A DNA stretch of 64,000 nucleotides from Selaginella moellendorffii (Eukaryota; Plantae; Lycopodiophyta): contig NW_003314334.1 in the NCBI RefSeq assembly GCF_000143415.4, positions 124,001-188,000 of the forward strand. The letters are read 5' to 3'. The notes beneath the pieces were generated by a model. It did not search any database. It was not told the DNA's origin and worked only from the letters and a program-made list of their open reading frames with translations. Of this stretch, positions 47,131 through 61,031 are shown piece by piece; the stretch's first letter is position 1, and the number at the start of each line of letters is the position of its first letter. The translations under genes and the position numbers were made by a program.

Positions 47131-49924
47131 TTACAACATGTCGTAGAAGACAGCCGGCTTTCTCCTCGCTTTGGCGCACAGCTCCTAATACCGAAAACCT
47201 GCTTACTTGGTAGCTTTGTTTGTAAGGGACACATTACCTCAATTGCAAAAGCGATACGGAGCAACGTTGCTTCTTGCCATGGCTTGCCAATGAGTTGCAG
47301 CCCAACCGGAAGGCCCTGCTTGTCGTGGCCAACCTGAACATTATGACCGTGATGAGAGAGAGAGAGAATGCAAGTAAAACAACCTACTGGTACGGAAACA
47401 GCAGGAAGTCCCAAAAAGTTGGCTGAAACTATGAACCTCATAAGATCAGCTGCAGAAACGGAACACAATCCATCAAATGTTGGAGGCTCTCAAAAGGCTA
47501 ACTTAACTGACCGTGTGTTGCGAGGTCTGTTTCCCCGGTGCTGATCGCGTCTGGCGGTATAAAAGGAGCAGTAACCCTGTAAAAATGGGTGAGGGATTCA
47601 CTCCAATCCAGACCATGGGCATCTCACCCTGTCGTAGGAGTGACGATCACATCAACTGTCCTGAAAATTTCCATGTGGTAGAACATCAGCCGTCTCCTGA
47701 CAATCCAAGCGTGGTCAGTACCATGATCTAATCTCGTAGACAAACCGCAGGCGCTGTGCTGAAACATAGAGGCTCGACTGGAACTGCTTAAACAACGCGA
47801 TAATCACTCGGGTTTCATGGCAGGTACTTTTCCTCCTGCAGCCATAAATCCGTTCGAGCAGGCAGACTGAAAATTAACAAGCTGTGTACCCGTATTTGTA
47901 GATTGAATTCAAGCATGTGCATATTTCAGAACCTGTAGTCACAAGATGGCCGTTTCGCAGCTCCTCAAGCTCCGGTATTGCGATCTCATTGATCTGAACA
48001 AGAAAAGACTCAGCACACTGACGGCCTGGTAGATGCTTATACGCGAGAAGAGTATCTCTCACAGAATCGGTCGACAGCCATCCTACAGATGGTTGCTACT
48101 TCAGGAGGAGATACATCGGTGAACCACTGCACATTCGTAAACGTAAGTCACTAGAAATCTAATCACACAGAAGACTTACATCGGTATAGATTCCGAGTTT
48201 TAGTTGCTGGAAGCTTGTATGATTGAATAGCGGCAAACATGGAGGAGGCTGAAAACCTTGTGAAAACAATGCTCTATCCGCTGATATAGCTACTTACTGG
48301 TTTTGAATAAACAACGTCAGATGGACCGCTCCCTATCATGGCTGAATACCTGGATGTCACGAACCATAACTCATGAATAAAGAGCTTCAAGAAACTTACA
48401 CGATCAATGCATCCTCTACATTAGCTGCGATAGGCCCAACCGCTTCTAGAGTCCATCCAACCGGCACAAGCCTTACAGAGTTTTGCAGATGACGGAGGTC
48501 AAGATCGCTTTTCTCTTTTTCATTTTCTTACCCAGAGAGAGTTATACGTCCAAAAGTGCACTTCAAACCCACCAGTCCGCACAATCCCGAAGGTATTCTT
48601 ATGGACCCTGCAACAAAACTCTAGTGAACCGAATGCTTGATGCTACATACCTCCAGCATCAGTTCCCAGTGATGCCGGACATAAACCAGACGCAACTACG
48701 GCAGCTGAGCCTGACGAAGAACCTCCAGCATATCTCGTAGTATCATAAGGATTCCTTGCAGTTCTGTTATTCCCAGAGAGAATTGAAAATGGTCAGCTGA
48801 AAAGGATTCTCACCCTGAATATGGATTATTTCCGGTGGTTCCCATTCCGAGCTCATGCATGTTTGTTTTTCCTGCAAATATAACTCCACACTCCCGCAGT
48901 CTTGCAACACAGGCTGCATCAGTCTTCACCTCTCTGTACTTATGGAGCCATTGTGTTCCTCCTGTAGAGATAGTTCACCGAACTCGTGTAATGGAAACAC
49001 AAAACCTGCATACCTCTGCTCTCGTGCGGAAGGCAGTCTATGTCATCTTTTACGACGATCAGGACGCCATCCAGCATTGATAGAGGAGAACCTGCCCCAA
49101 GTAGAGGGTAAAAACATAGACAAACTAGTGCTCCAACCTGAGGCAAAACGTTCCGCGGATGCTGCTGCTTGTTTACGTATGTCGGACGCGTCGAAGGATA
49201 TCATGTAAGCCATTGGAGGACTCAGCCTTTCAGAATCTTCTACAGCTTGAATAAAGCGCTCGGCTACCTAATTATCGAGATCTTCACGCCTTGCACGATA
49301 GCATCCTGTGACAAAACCTACCTCCATCGGAGTTGTTCTTCCCGATCGATATGCTCCTGCATAATCCCTTATACACCAGAACTTGAAAGGATATCCGTCG
49401 CCAAGACGCTGGCTCCTCGAGATGTAAGACGGAAGGCACTCGATGGCCGCGTCGACACGAGAAATCGCTCCTAAATCTGAGGCGAGAACCTTCGTTGCAG
49501 GTTCTCCGATTGCTGGTAGCAAACAGTTTCACGAGTCAAAGCAATGCGAGATTTTCACTCACTCTCGTCTGGGTATTCGGGCAGGAACATTGGGGAATCT
49601 GGAATTGCAGTGTCGCAAAGCATCTAGAGACGGGAGGAGCTGGTTTGTTATTGTAGCGGAGGAGAAGAAGCAAAACCTACCTGAGGCAAGCGATTGAGTC
49701 GCATGAAGTAGGCTAGTACAACCTTCCCGATCAGTTGCGACTCTACAACCCATGCAAATATCCGCAGGGGCATCCCAGACGAACGTGGAGCTGCAAAAAG
49801 AGGCACGACTTGCTTTACAACAAGGGAGAAGCAGATGGCCATCACCTCCAACGCGCAGGGGTACATATTCAATGGCTCCTTTCAAAACCTCCTCCACCGG
49901 TAGCATGCTCTTCTTGACGCCCAT
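47131..49924 (-). CDS. FAAH: Fatty acid amide hydrolase (amidase signature family)
   Basis: [83 protein letters not shown]; many short introns. Confidence 0.92.
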
Positions 49925-50240
49925 TGATTTGAATCAAGCGAACAGGTCGCCACACCGAGCCCAAGCTATAGCTACAAAATGCCACAAAACGAACAAACGA
50001 AACGAGCTAGGGCAGAACGGAGCACGCGCATCATCGACTAAAGGCAAGTCCACGAAACGCATCAACCAGCCAGGATGAGCAGCGCATATTCGCGAATGGT
50101 GACAGATTGAAACAATAAATGACACTTAATGACCGACCGCATTCATATTCTTCGGATATTCGCTTCTTCTTCGGATCATGAAGACGATGATCTCATGAAA
50201 AAACACACCTACGTCTACTTTACCTCCGATCAGTCGCTCG

Positions 50241-51611
50241 CTAGTGTGCACAGTTGTTCTTGCTGACATTCGGAGACAGAGGCGTCACGCTCAGCTTTTC
50301 CATCTGGAAGCGACAAAACGGGGTGAGAATCCGGTTTGTGAAACCGAGCAGCGCCTTACCTTTTTCTTCCCGTAGAGTTCCTTTTGAAATTTCTTTAGCT
50401 GTCTCAAGCTGAATCGTTCGAATCCCAGAGGCAGATTTTCCTTGTCCACTTTCGCTTTTGACTTGGGTGAAGTAGCCGAGGATTCCTCAAGGGTGACAGT
50501 TGATAACGCATAAGACAGCTGCTCCACCGCTGCCGGATCTTGGTTAAGCTGACACTCGCCAACAAGAGACATATCGTCCATCAAAAGTTCTGGGCCGCAC
50601 CACTTATCCTCCTCTGACCCATCAGATTGGAATACTTCCTCGGCCGTTGGCAGCTGACCTTGAGGGGCGTGACTAAGAAGATGATGCAGCGAGTCATCAG
50701 ACATGGACATCTCCGTTTCGGCTACGTCCCCGTCCATGGACGAGACAAGTTCAAGCTCAGCTCCAGCGAAAGACGAGGCGTCCACAGCCTGTGGCCCGTT
50801 GTTAAGATGATTGTCGCAGGGCTGTGGCGGGTTTTCACGCTGCTGCACCTCGGCACAGGTGACTGTCTTCTCCTCGGGAATGTCCGCCAAGACGATCCCC
50901 TCCTCCTCGGCACAGGTGTCTTTCTTCTCCTCGACAATGTCCGGCAAGGCGATCCCCTCCTCGGCACAGATATCTTTCTTCTCTTCGGGAATGTCCGGCA
51001 GGACGATCCTCTCCTCGGCACAGATGTCTTTCTTCTCCTTTGGAATGCCCGATGCACGCGGCAAGACGATCCCCGCAGCCAGCTCCTCCTTGGCACCGGT
51101 GCCCTCAGTCGCCCCCTGAGCGTCAGACAGATCCAGCTGCACCACCTCAGCACCAGCCGCATTCGTCTCCTCAAGCGGACCAATCGCGGCAACCTTAACC
51201 TCGGAAGCTTGGGAGTGTATCACCACCTGCTCGTCATTACCTTGAACCGCTGTTTTGGATGGGAGACGTCGAGAGCTCCTCTCCTCCACGAACAGCTCCT
51301 TCCTCTCCATGACCATTTCGTCACGCTGACGCTGCTGCTTCACCTGGCTCCTGGTGACTCGGCCGGGAGTGGCCACTGGGGTGGACAAGGCAGACTTGCA
51401 AGGCGTGGGCGCCGTCACATCCGGAATCACGATTTCACATCCCCCCTTTTCCTAGAATGCCCAAGAATCAGCTGGCGATCAAGAACCAAGGAAAACTTAC
51501 AGCAAGGTCGCGCAATGCCGCCGCCATGGCGACATTGGTCGTGTTGGCCGGGATCTTGTGCTGCTTGCAGAGGATTTGGAGCTGGCGCCGAGGGAGGGAC
51601 TGGAAATCCAT
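50241..51611 (-). CDS. Acidic protein with N-terminal SAP-like motif (At5g17160/At3g03130-like) and internal ~18-aa repeats
   Basis: MDFQSLPRRQLQILCKQHKIPANTTNVAMAAAL; EEKKDICAEE-type repeats at ~50850-51090; C-terminal SLRQLKK motif; three exons. Confidence 0.75.
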
Positions 51612-51809
51612 GCGCTGCCCCAGCACAAAACCTAAACCCTCGATGGACAGCCGCGGGTCGGGCTTTGTATCCCCCTGCCGCTCCAACAAGTATCCGTTGG
51701 GCTGCCTGACACGTGGCGAGCGCACAGCCGCAAGATCCGCCGATGCTACGTTAGTGTTTTTGAAAACGTTTTTATTATTACAAAGAGTTTTGGGGCGGCG
51801 AGGGAAAAA

Positions 51810-52358
51810 TCAGAAATGGACAAGGCTGTAGACAAGAATCCACGCCAGCTGCAATTTAGCCATGCGAGATTAGGGTTAGCTCCTTGTAAGTTGACCTACC
51901 AGGAAGAGCGTGACCGATGCAAACATGCCCTCCTGGAGGAGAGCGCCGTGGCCCCCAAACTCGTCCTGGTCCACCTTGAGCAAGAAGGCGTAGTACGTGT
52001 AGACGAGCAGCGTGGACACAAGCATGAACCTTGCAATGCGAGCGAGCAGGAAGAGAGGTGAATTGCCACTCGAGAGATAACACTTACACGAGCAGCCAGA
52101 CGGAGCCTACGAGTGGAATGAGACCCCACACGATTCCGCACAGCAGCCCCAGGGCTTGCCTCAGCCAATGCAGCACATCGCCTAGCTGATCCTGTTGATT
52201 GACGAGTGAGTCTTGCAAGCTCTTGTAGCGCCGGAACTTACCCTATCCCACTCCGCGTCCGGGCTCAGCAGCTTGGACACCGCCGACTCCCCGTCGTGCT
52301 GCAGCAGCGAGTGCTGCTCATCGTGTGGCTTGGATGATGCCGTGGATCTCTCCCTCAT
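51810..52358 (-). CDS. RAB5-interacting family membrane protein (Rab5ip/EMC6-like family)
   Basis: DAEWDR|DQLGDVLHWLRQALGLLCGIVWGLIPL...YYAFLLKVDQDEFGGHGALLQEG...LAWILVYSL. Confidence 0.9.
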
Positions 52359-52390
52359 CCTCCCCCTCCCTCCAGCAACCCTAAACCCCC

Positions 52391-53797
52391 TCACTCGAGT
52401 TTATCCCGGCTTTCTTGCGGGAGCGCATCCTGGACGACCTGCGCCATGGTGGCGATCTTGTACGTGAAGAAGCCCACCAGCATAGGAATGAGCTGCAACT
52501 CCGCCACTCCCAACTCCGGGGCCAGCAGCCTGTACAACACCAACAAGGACACATGAGGGTACGTCGAGGTAAGGACTATCCTACTCGTTCCAGCGGTTGA
52601 AGATCATGGTGAGGATGACGGGCACCAGAAGCCTCGGCTGACCCACAGCAGCCCTGCACATGACACCATCGGGGAAAATCAGCTCTGCTCACGCGCCGAT
52701 CCAGTCCTCTCACCTCGCAGCTCCTTTGACGTCTTGGCTGCCGAATGCATCCACGCTGTTCCCAAGCATTCGGACATATGCCAGGGAACCCGCCAGTCCA
52801 ATCCCGTAGCTGGTTGCACACCGTCTCAGCGTCTGGCGATTACAGTCAACTAAGTCCCTACCTCAGTGCAACGGTGGGCGAGTAGGCTACGTACGCACAC
52901 ACTGTTCCTGCGCCGCCAATGCCCACTGTAAGCACCTGCAGGCCTGACTTGAGCTGTGGATTGCAACACGCAGTTCTAGGTGAGATTTCAAAGGTGGCCG
53001 GCGCAAGATGAACTACTACGTACCCGCTTGTATCTCTCCTTTTCTCGCTGCCTCGACGAGGCTGTCGCTGTTGCGACGGAATCCCTCTCGCTCCTCAGCG
53101 TCTCCTGCAACAATGGGAATGCCTAACAGTGAGACACAAGCTCGTACAAGACACGGAATCCGCTCAACTGAGGCCTTCCTAGCTCGGTCCCATTGCCTCC
53201 GCTCGTTACGAGTCGGGGCAAAACGCCAGCGATGACCATTGGCGGTTGCTGCTGCTCCTGCTGCTGCTGGTGACGGTGGTGGTGTTGGTGTTGTGTGGAC
53301 AAGCTCCTTGGTTAAGTCAACATCTACACTGCAATAGTAGTTGGTTGCCTTGAGGTGCTTGTACACAACACTAAGCCAAGGGAAAAGTGGTGTCACCGGT
53401 TAATCTCCGCGACCCTGTTGAAGCTGATGAATCCGGAGCTTGACTCGGCTTCCTGATGAATATCAAAGTAGGAGCAACAATGTGCAATTCCTAAGCGTAC
53501 CTCAGCAACAATCTCCTCGGCAGCTTGCTCTCTATCGAAGAATGGCCTCCACTCGATGTTCCAGATAAACTCGTCCTTGGTTTCCAGCGGATGGAGGCGC
53601 GGCTTCCCCCACATTCTGAGGGGCTCCAAGCTCAAGGGAGGGCCACCGTACTCGCCCGGCGCAGTGCCATTGGACCATTGGCCCCGCTGCTTCTTGAGCT
53701 TTGGGACCGGAACCCTCTCCCTGTCCACCGCAACCGAGCTCACATCGGGCACGCCCAGCCATCCGCGGCCGAGGTCGCAGCTCACGCACAAAGGCAT
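52391..53797 (-). CDS. CGL160: CGL160, chloroplast ATP synthase assembly factor (Atp1/UncI-like C-terminus)
   Basis: QWSNGTAPGEYGGPP, DEFIWNIEW, SGFISFNRV, WRFAPTRNERRQWDRA, YVRMLGNSVD, GQPRLLVPV, LIPMLVGFFTYKIAT. The true start may lie further upstream. Confidence 0.9.
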
Positions 53798-54060
53798 CCC
53801 CCCGCACTCAAATATCTAAATTCGACCTAGGCACCCTTGGTTAGATGGTTGATTGGAGGAGAGGTCTTTAGCCACGTCTCCGGCACGGGAGTTCTTGTTA
53901 AATTAAAAGATCACGCTGTAGAAGTTATATGTATCATATGTGTTTCTCTTTGACCACTTTCGGATGGACGCTTTCCCTCAATTTGTGCGAAACACAACGC
54001 ACGCGTGGTGCCTTTTATATCTCCTCCCGTGTCTGCTTGTAGGGCAACTCCCTGCCCGAG

Positions 54061-57000
54061 ATGGATCATCCAAAGAAGGCGGGCGACCGTAGCGTTGCAT
54101 TCTACAAGCTCTTTAGCTTCGCAGACGGCTTGGATTTGTTCCTCATGCTCCTGGGATCCTTTGGCGCCGTGGGGAACGGGATCGCAATGCCACTCATGAC
54201 CATCATCTTTGGCCAACTGACAAACGCTTTCGGGGAATCGGCAGGAAACACGAGCCAAGTTGTGGACACCGTGTCTCGGGTACGTTTTCCAAGCCTTAGC
54301 GGAGCACACTCTATCGTTTTTGTCAGGTGGCGCTGCGTTTCCTTTTCCTTGGCTGTGGATCTGCTATTGCGGCTCTCCTGGGTAACTTGCTCGCTTGGAC
54401 GACCTGCACTGCTCCTAACAGATGGATGGTGCGCTAATGCAGAGCTGTGCTGTTGGATGTGCACGGGAGAGCGGCAAGCAGCTCGTATCAGGAGCCTGTA
54501 TCTCAAGGCCATTCTGCGGCAGGACATCCCATTCTTTGACACGGAGACCAACACAGGCGAGGTGATGAGCCGGATGTCTGGTGACACCATCCTCATCCAA
54601 GAGGCCATGGGGGAAAAGGTGGGTTTGATCTGCAACATTATGTCATGCAAATTTATGCACTTCAGGTTGGGAAGTTCATCCAGCTTAGTACAACCTTCTT
54701 GGGTGGCTTCGTCATTGCATTTGTCAAGGGCTGGCGCTTGGCACTCGTCCTGCTCTCGGTCATCCCTTTGCTCGTCGCCACTGGCGGTGCAATGGCCATT
54801 CTCACGTCCAGAATGGCAACTAGAGGACAGATGGCCTATGCCGAGGCAGGAACTCTCGTGGAGCAGATTGTCGGTGGCATCAGAACTGTGAGTACAATTC
54901 CGCCACCCTTTTCATGTCACGGGACATGTGTACGTGTAGGTTGCGTCTTTTGGTGGCGAAAAGCAGGCTGTGGGCAAGTACGACAAGGCGCTTGACAAGG
55001 CGTACCGAGCTGGAGTCCGGCAGAGTGTTGTTGCAGGAGCCGGGCTCGGAGCTCTCCTGTGTGTGGTGTTCGGCAGCTATGCATTTGCACTGTGGTATGG
55101 ATCAAAGCTGATACTGCATCGAGGCTACACGGGTGGTGACGTCCTCAATGTCATCTTCGCAGTACTCACGGGCGGATCGTAAGTAGATAACAGCATTTCA
55201 TACTTATGATGACATGGAATGGTGGCGTGCAGGTCCCTGGGCCAGGCTTCACCTTGTATCAGCGCGTTTGCTGCGGGAAGGGCAGCGGCATGCAAGATGT
55301 TTGAAGCCATCCACAGGAAGCCTAGTATCGATGCGTCGGACATGGGTGGCCTAACGCCCGACCGAGTGATTGGTGACATTGAGCTCCGCAGCGTGAGCTT
55401 CAGATATCCCGCGCGCCCGGAGGTAGCCGTCTTTGACAATTTCTCTCTGGCCATACCATCCGGCATAACCGCTGCTTTGGTGGGGGAGAGCGGTAGCGGC
55501 AAGTCTACTGTTGTCAGCTTGATCGAGAGGTTCTATGATCCACAGGCTGGGGCGGTCCTTTTAGACGGCATTGACGTACGCCGTCTGCAAGTCAAATGGC
55601 TGCGAGAACAAATTGGCCTCGTAAGCCAGGAGCCGGTACTCTTTGGTGCCTCTATCAAGGACAATATATCCTATGGGAAAGATGACGCCACTGACGAGGA
55701 AATCAAGCGCGCTGCCGCTCTTGCAAACGCTTCCAAGTTCATAGACAGGATGCCTCAGGTGAGAATTCAATCCGGTCATTAAGGATTGCGGTTAAGTGTT
55801 TTGGCAGGGTTACAGCACGCACGTTGGAGATCATGGAACACAGCTTTCGGGAGGCCAGAAGCAGAGGATCGCAATCGCCAGAGCTATCCTCAAGAACCCC
55901 CGCATTCTTCTCCTTGACGAAGCTACCAGTGCTCTGGATGCCGAGTCGGAGAGGGTTGTCCAGGATGCTCTGGACGGCATCATGGTGCACCGGACAACTG
56001 TCATCGTAGCCCATAGATTGTCTACCATCAAGAACGCAAACTGCATCGCTGTGGTTCAGCGAGGAAACGTGGTTGAGAAAGGTGAGTGCTCAGATTTATA
56101 TCGGCCTTGGAGCTATAGTTTATATGTTACACCCGGTGACCAGGCACACACTCGGAGCTGCTACAGAAACCGGATGGCGCCTACTCCCAGCTGGTGCGCC
56201 TGCAAGAGCAACATGACGAGAGATCCAATCACAGCCTGGCCAAAGTGGACCCAGACGAGATCGTCGAGCAGAGCGGCCCTCAAAGATCTCTAAGCAGGGC
56301 TAGCAGCAGTCGCGGCTCGTTTGGGAGCAGACTTCTGAGAAGCTTTAGTGCTGCTGCAAGAGCGGCCATCGAGGAGAATGCCAATAACAAGAGCGAGGAA
56401 GAGAAACCACAAATGACGCGGGCATTTCTTCGTCTCGCAGCCTTGAACAAGCCCGAGGCGCCGCTGGCCGTTGCCGGTGGGCTAGCCGCCGCTGGACACG
56501 GTGTGCTATTTCCACTCTTTGGGCTGCTTCTGTCCAACATGATCGGGACGTTTTTCGAGACGAGCAGGCACAAGCTACGAAAGGATGTGGATTTCTGGTC
56601 GGCCATTTTCACGGCTCTGGCAGCGGCATGTTTGATTGTTGTTCCGGCACAGATCGCGTCTTTCGGGTTAATTGGCCAGCGCTTGATTCGACGCATCAGG
56701 AGGCAGTCGTTTGGTGCGGTTGTTCGCCAGGATATCGGTTGGTTCGACGATCCCAGCAACTCCAGGTGGGCTCTTTTTCTGCTAGAGTTCTCTCTATTTA
56801 CGTGGCTTGCTGCATTTGCCCAGTGGAGCTATCAGTGCTCGTTTATCAACCGACGCAGCTTACGTCCGAAGCCTGGTCGGAGACTCCATGTCGTTGGCTG
56901 CTCAGAATGTTGCAACCATTGTTACCGGGTTGATAATCGCCTTCGCTGCAAACTGGACGCTGGCTCTGCTAATCCTTGCATTGGTCCCTCTACTTGCCCT

Positions 57001-58401
57001 TCAGGGCGCAACACAGACGAAGATGATGACTGGTTTTAGCAAGAACGCAAAGGTGAGTGTGATATAATGTGGCAGTGGTCCTTACGTCACTGTGGATTTG
57101 TGGCAGGAAACATATCAAGATGCAACCAAAGTTGCAAACGATGCTGTTAGTAGCATCCGCACAGTGGCGTCGTATTGCATGGAGCAAAAGATGGTCAGGC
57201 TTTACACGCAAAAGTGTGAAGTTACGTCCAAGAGTGGGATACGGAACGGGATGGTGAGTGGAGCTGCGCTTGGTTTTTCAAACTTCGTACTCTATGGCTC
57301 GTATGCACTCAGTTTCTGGTACGGAGCTCGTCTAGTGGAGGAAGGAAAGACGACGTTTCAGAAAGTTTTCCGGGTGGGCGACATTGCTTTTGCTTGGCCT
57401 TGACGGGCTGCTATAACCGTGCGATGCTTTGCAACAGGTGTTTTTTGCTATCACAATGAGTGCTCTGGGGGTTTCTCAGGCCGTGACATTGGCTCCTGAT
57501 CTGGTCAAAGTGAAGGCCTCGGTCAGATCAATTTTTGCAACCCTCGACAGGAAGTCTAAGATTGATCCCTTCAACGCCGAAGGCAAGGCGCTGGAAGGAA
57601 TGAAAGGCGACATCGAGTTCCGGCATGTGAGCTTCAGATACCCGTCACGTCCTGATGCGCAAGTGTTTCGTGACATGTGCTTCTCACTGGAAGCTGGAAA
57701 GGTACCCGAAGCGCATCTTCTTTTGTGACTTTGTTTATGTTTTCCCACAGACAATGGCCCTGGTAGGGGAAAGTGGCAGCGGGAAGTCAACTGTCATCGC
57801 TCTCTTGGAAAGATTCTACGATCCTGATAGCGGCGAGATACTCATCGACGGGATCAACATCAAAACGATGAGCCTGAGGTGGCTACGCCAACACATTGGA
57901 CTGGTGAGCCAAGAACCAATTCTGTTCAGCGGCACCATACGGTCCAACATTGCGTATGCAAGAGAGGGGAGGGTGGCGGAGGAGGAAATCGAGGCCGCAG
58001 CAACGACCGCAAACGCTCACAAGTTCATCTCGGCCTTACCCGACGGCTACAACACTCAGGTTGGCGACCGCGGCATGCAGTTGTCTGGGGGACAGAAGCA
58101 GCGAGTTGCCATCGCCAGAGCCGTGGCCAAGGAGCCCAGGATTCTGCTGCTGGACGAGGCAACCAGTGCCTTGGATGCGGAATCTGAGAGCGTTGTCCAG
58201 GAGGCATTGGACAGGATCATGGTTGGCAAGACAACGATAATTGTTGCTCACCGGCTGTCAACAATTGTTGGCGTGGACGTGATCGCCGTTGTGAACAACG
58301 GGGTGATTGTGGAGCGAGGGAGCCATTCCCAGCTCATGAGCAAGCCCAATGGAGCTTATGCCTCGCTGGTGAAGCTGCATCTATCATCGCCGGCCAAGTA
58401 G
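54061..58401 (+). CDS. Full-size ABCB (MDR/PGP) transporter, ABCB4/11/21-like
   Basis: TMD-NBD-TMD-NBD layout; two GESGSGKST Walker A motifs, two LSGGQKQR signatures, two [11 protein letters not shown]; short introns. Confidence 0.97.
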
Positions 58402-58426
58402 CTCCTCCTTTATGTACAAAAATCTA

Positions 58427-60159
58427 TCAGACAAGCATCGCCTTGGAGCTGGAACTGCTGCCAAAGCTCCTGTTGAGCTTACTGCTTATTGTCATCCTGC
58501 TGCTGGCGTCTAGATCCTCGGAAGGAAGCCTGGCGCGGCGCACCATCTTCTCCATATTCCTCTCCAAGCTCTGCTTCACCATCCAGTTGACGGCCCTTCG
58601 CTCCTCGCACACTGCATGCTTTGGGGCCTGGACCATCCTGGACGAAGCTGCGAGCGGGAGCGCGAGTGGTGCCGACATTGGCCTGGCATTTCGCTGGAAG
58701 CGCTCCTCCCTCAGGCAGTCGAGGATCCGTGCCGCCCTCCTCTGCGCGATGGCCGTGCCCAGCAGTGCCACCTCCAGGAGTGGAGTGACAGCACCAGCGC
58801 TCACCATGGCCTGGCGAGCAGGCCAGCTGTGGTGAGTGAGCAGCATGAGCACGTAGAGGACTCGCTCCTGGCACCGCGCGACCGTGGCGGCAGGGCCAAG
58901 ATGCTTCGAATATACTTGGGAGTCCTCTTCCGAGCCGGACGAAGCCGACGCCGACGACGACGACGAAGATGACGTTTCTTCCATGGTTGCGGTGTAGGAT
59001 GCGAGCGCCGTGAGGAGCTTGGCGATGGCAGCGGAGGAGGTGAGGCATTTGCGTGCCTCTTCTGAGAGCTCCGCCAGATTGCCCAGCGTGGCCAGGATCC
59101 TGTCGGCAACCAGCGGGTCGCTATCGGCGTCCGTGTTGAGGAGGTTGAGGAGGGCGTCGGCTGCACCATCCGCCACCATACGCCCAACATTTGCGGAAGA
59201 AATGGAGAGGTTGTACAAGACGCGGGTGGAATCCTTGATGATGCTGCTGCTGCTCTTGGTGCGGACGATCCGCACCAGCTGCTGGGATGCACCCGAGTGG
59301 CCTATGATGGGCTTGTTGGAATCCAGGGCTGACAGCGAGAGTAGAGCAGCTATGGCGCTCTCGACAACGTCCGCAGCCGAGGTAGCGCTGGATAGAATCC
59401 GGACCAGGATTGGCACCGCTCCGGCCTCGACGATCCACTGCTTGTTCCTGCGCACGCGCGAATCAAAAGCTTAATCTCATTGGCTGCGATCACCACCACT
59501 AGGTACCTGCTGTTTCCGATGGCGAGGTTGAGCAGCGCCAGCAGAGGCTGCTTGCAAGCGGAGACAGCGGAGATGGTTGAATCCAAGAGGTCCACCAGCG
59601 AGGGAATCACGCCCAGCTCCGCCAGCACCACCCTGTTTTCTGCGCTGTCACGGCTCATCCTCCGCATTTCTGTGGCCGCTCTCAACCGCTCGTCCTCTTT
59701 CCGCCCGCTCTTCACGCCGTCGACCAGCCACCGCAGATCCAATCTCCTCCCGAAGGATCCTCCGGGGGCCTTGATGTTGTTGGGCCCCCCATGATCTCTC
59801 GGGCTCACAACCACCTTGGCCTTGTTGTCGTCGTCGTCGTCGTCGTCATGGGCCTTGAGTCGCTCACATACCTCGGATATCGATGCTGATGCTTTGTCTT
59901 GCTCCCTCTTGTCCTCCGCCCGCTGCTGCTGCTGCTGCAGGAGAAGCTTGAGCCTGGGCTTGGCCTTGCTCTTGCTCGTGTCTTGCTCCTTGTTGGTGGC
60001 GGCGCTGCACACGCCCGCGTGTGCGACATGGCAGCGGAATGCATCCAGGAAGGAGGACAAGACGCCCGACAGCTTGCGACCGTGGCCCCTGCCGCTCTCT
60101 CTTTTCCTGGCGTCATCTTCCGCGCCCCTGATCTGAGACGAGAGCCCCAGCACCGCCAT
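58427..60159 (-). CDS. Armadillo-repeat protein (PUB-like ARM region without an evident U-box)
   Basis: NRVVLAELGVIPSLVDLL, ALLNLAIGNS|RNKQWIVEAGAVP, ALLSLSALDSNKPIIG, LLEVALLGTAIAQRRA; one intron at ~59449-59506. Confidence 0.88.
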
Positions 60160-61031
60160 GGTGTAGCTCTCGTTGCTAGCTAGCTAGCTCTAGCAAAACA
60201 AAATGCCTACTTCATGCTACCTAGTAAATGCAAAAGGAACAACATATTTATATTCGCAAGCGATATGGCGTGACCGAGAGAAGCAGAAGAAGCCGCTTTC
60301 TTGCTGTTGCTTGCTTGCTTGCTAGTTTCGTCTGGCAGGTCACAAATACTCCTTGCCCTCCCATCGCCCTCTCGCCCTCTCGCCCTCTCGCTCTCTGTCG
60401 GCACCGGCGGGCATTTGTGAAACGCCCCTCTCTCTCTCTCTCTCCCCCCCATCCATCACCTGCCGTACTGCCGCAAAGCATGGACGCACCTCCGTTGTTA
60501 GCAAAATAAAGCAAAGTGGTGTATATGGGCATGGGATAAGCTAGACAAGGCTTTCTAGCAAGAGATGCTTGTCTGCTTTGCATTCAAGTCGTACAAGTTT
60601 ACGTAGCGATTATTAGAGAGTTAGTTGCCTCCCCACCAACTTACACCAGCGAAAAACGATTCTCCTTGATTCGATTCACTTCATTCGGTACAGCAGCTTT
60701 GTCAAAAATTGGAGCTGGGGCGTTCCTTGTCCATGTCCTTTCTATGCTGTCCGTCCCTTTCGTCGTGCGCAGTGCTCCAAGTGATTCACCTTTAGTTTTG
60801 GTGCAACTATCACGACTTTGTCACCAAGCACCACGCACCAGTAGCATGCACGGGATCCACACAGGTGGAAGGAAGCGAAGGGATTTGACGATGAACGCAC
60901 GAGGAATCCCAAATCCCATCCCACTAACAGAGCACCACGAAAAGTAGCCTGTGAGTGAACAAACAAGATGTTACCTCCTTTGGACACGCCTAACGTGCTG
61001 CTGATTTCCCTTTCTACCTTTTACACGTTTT

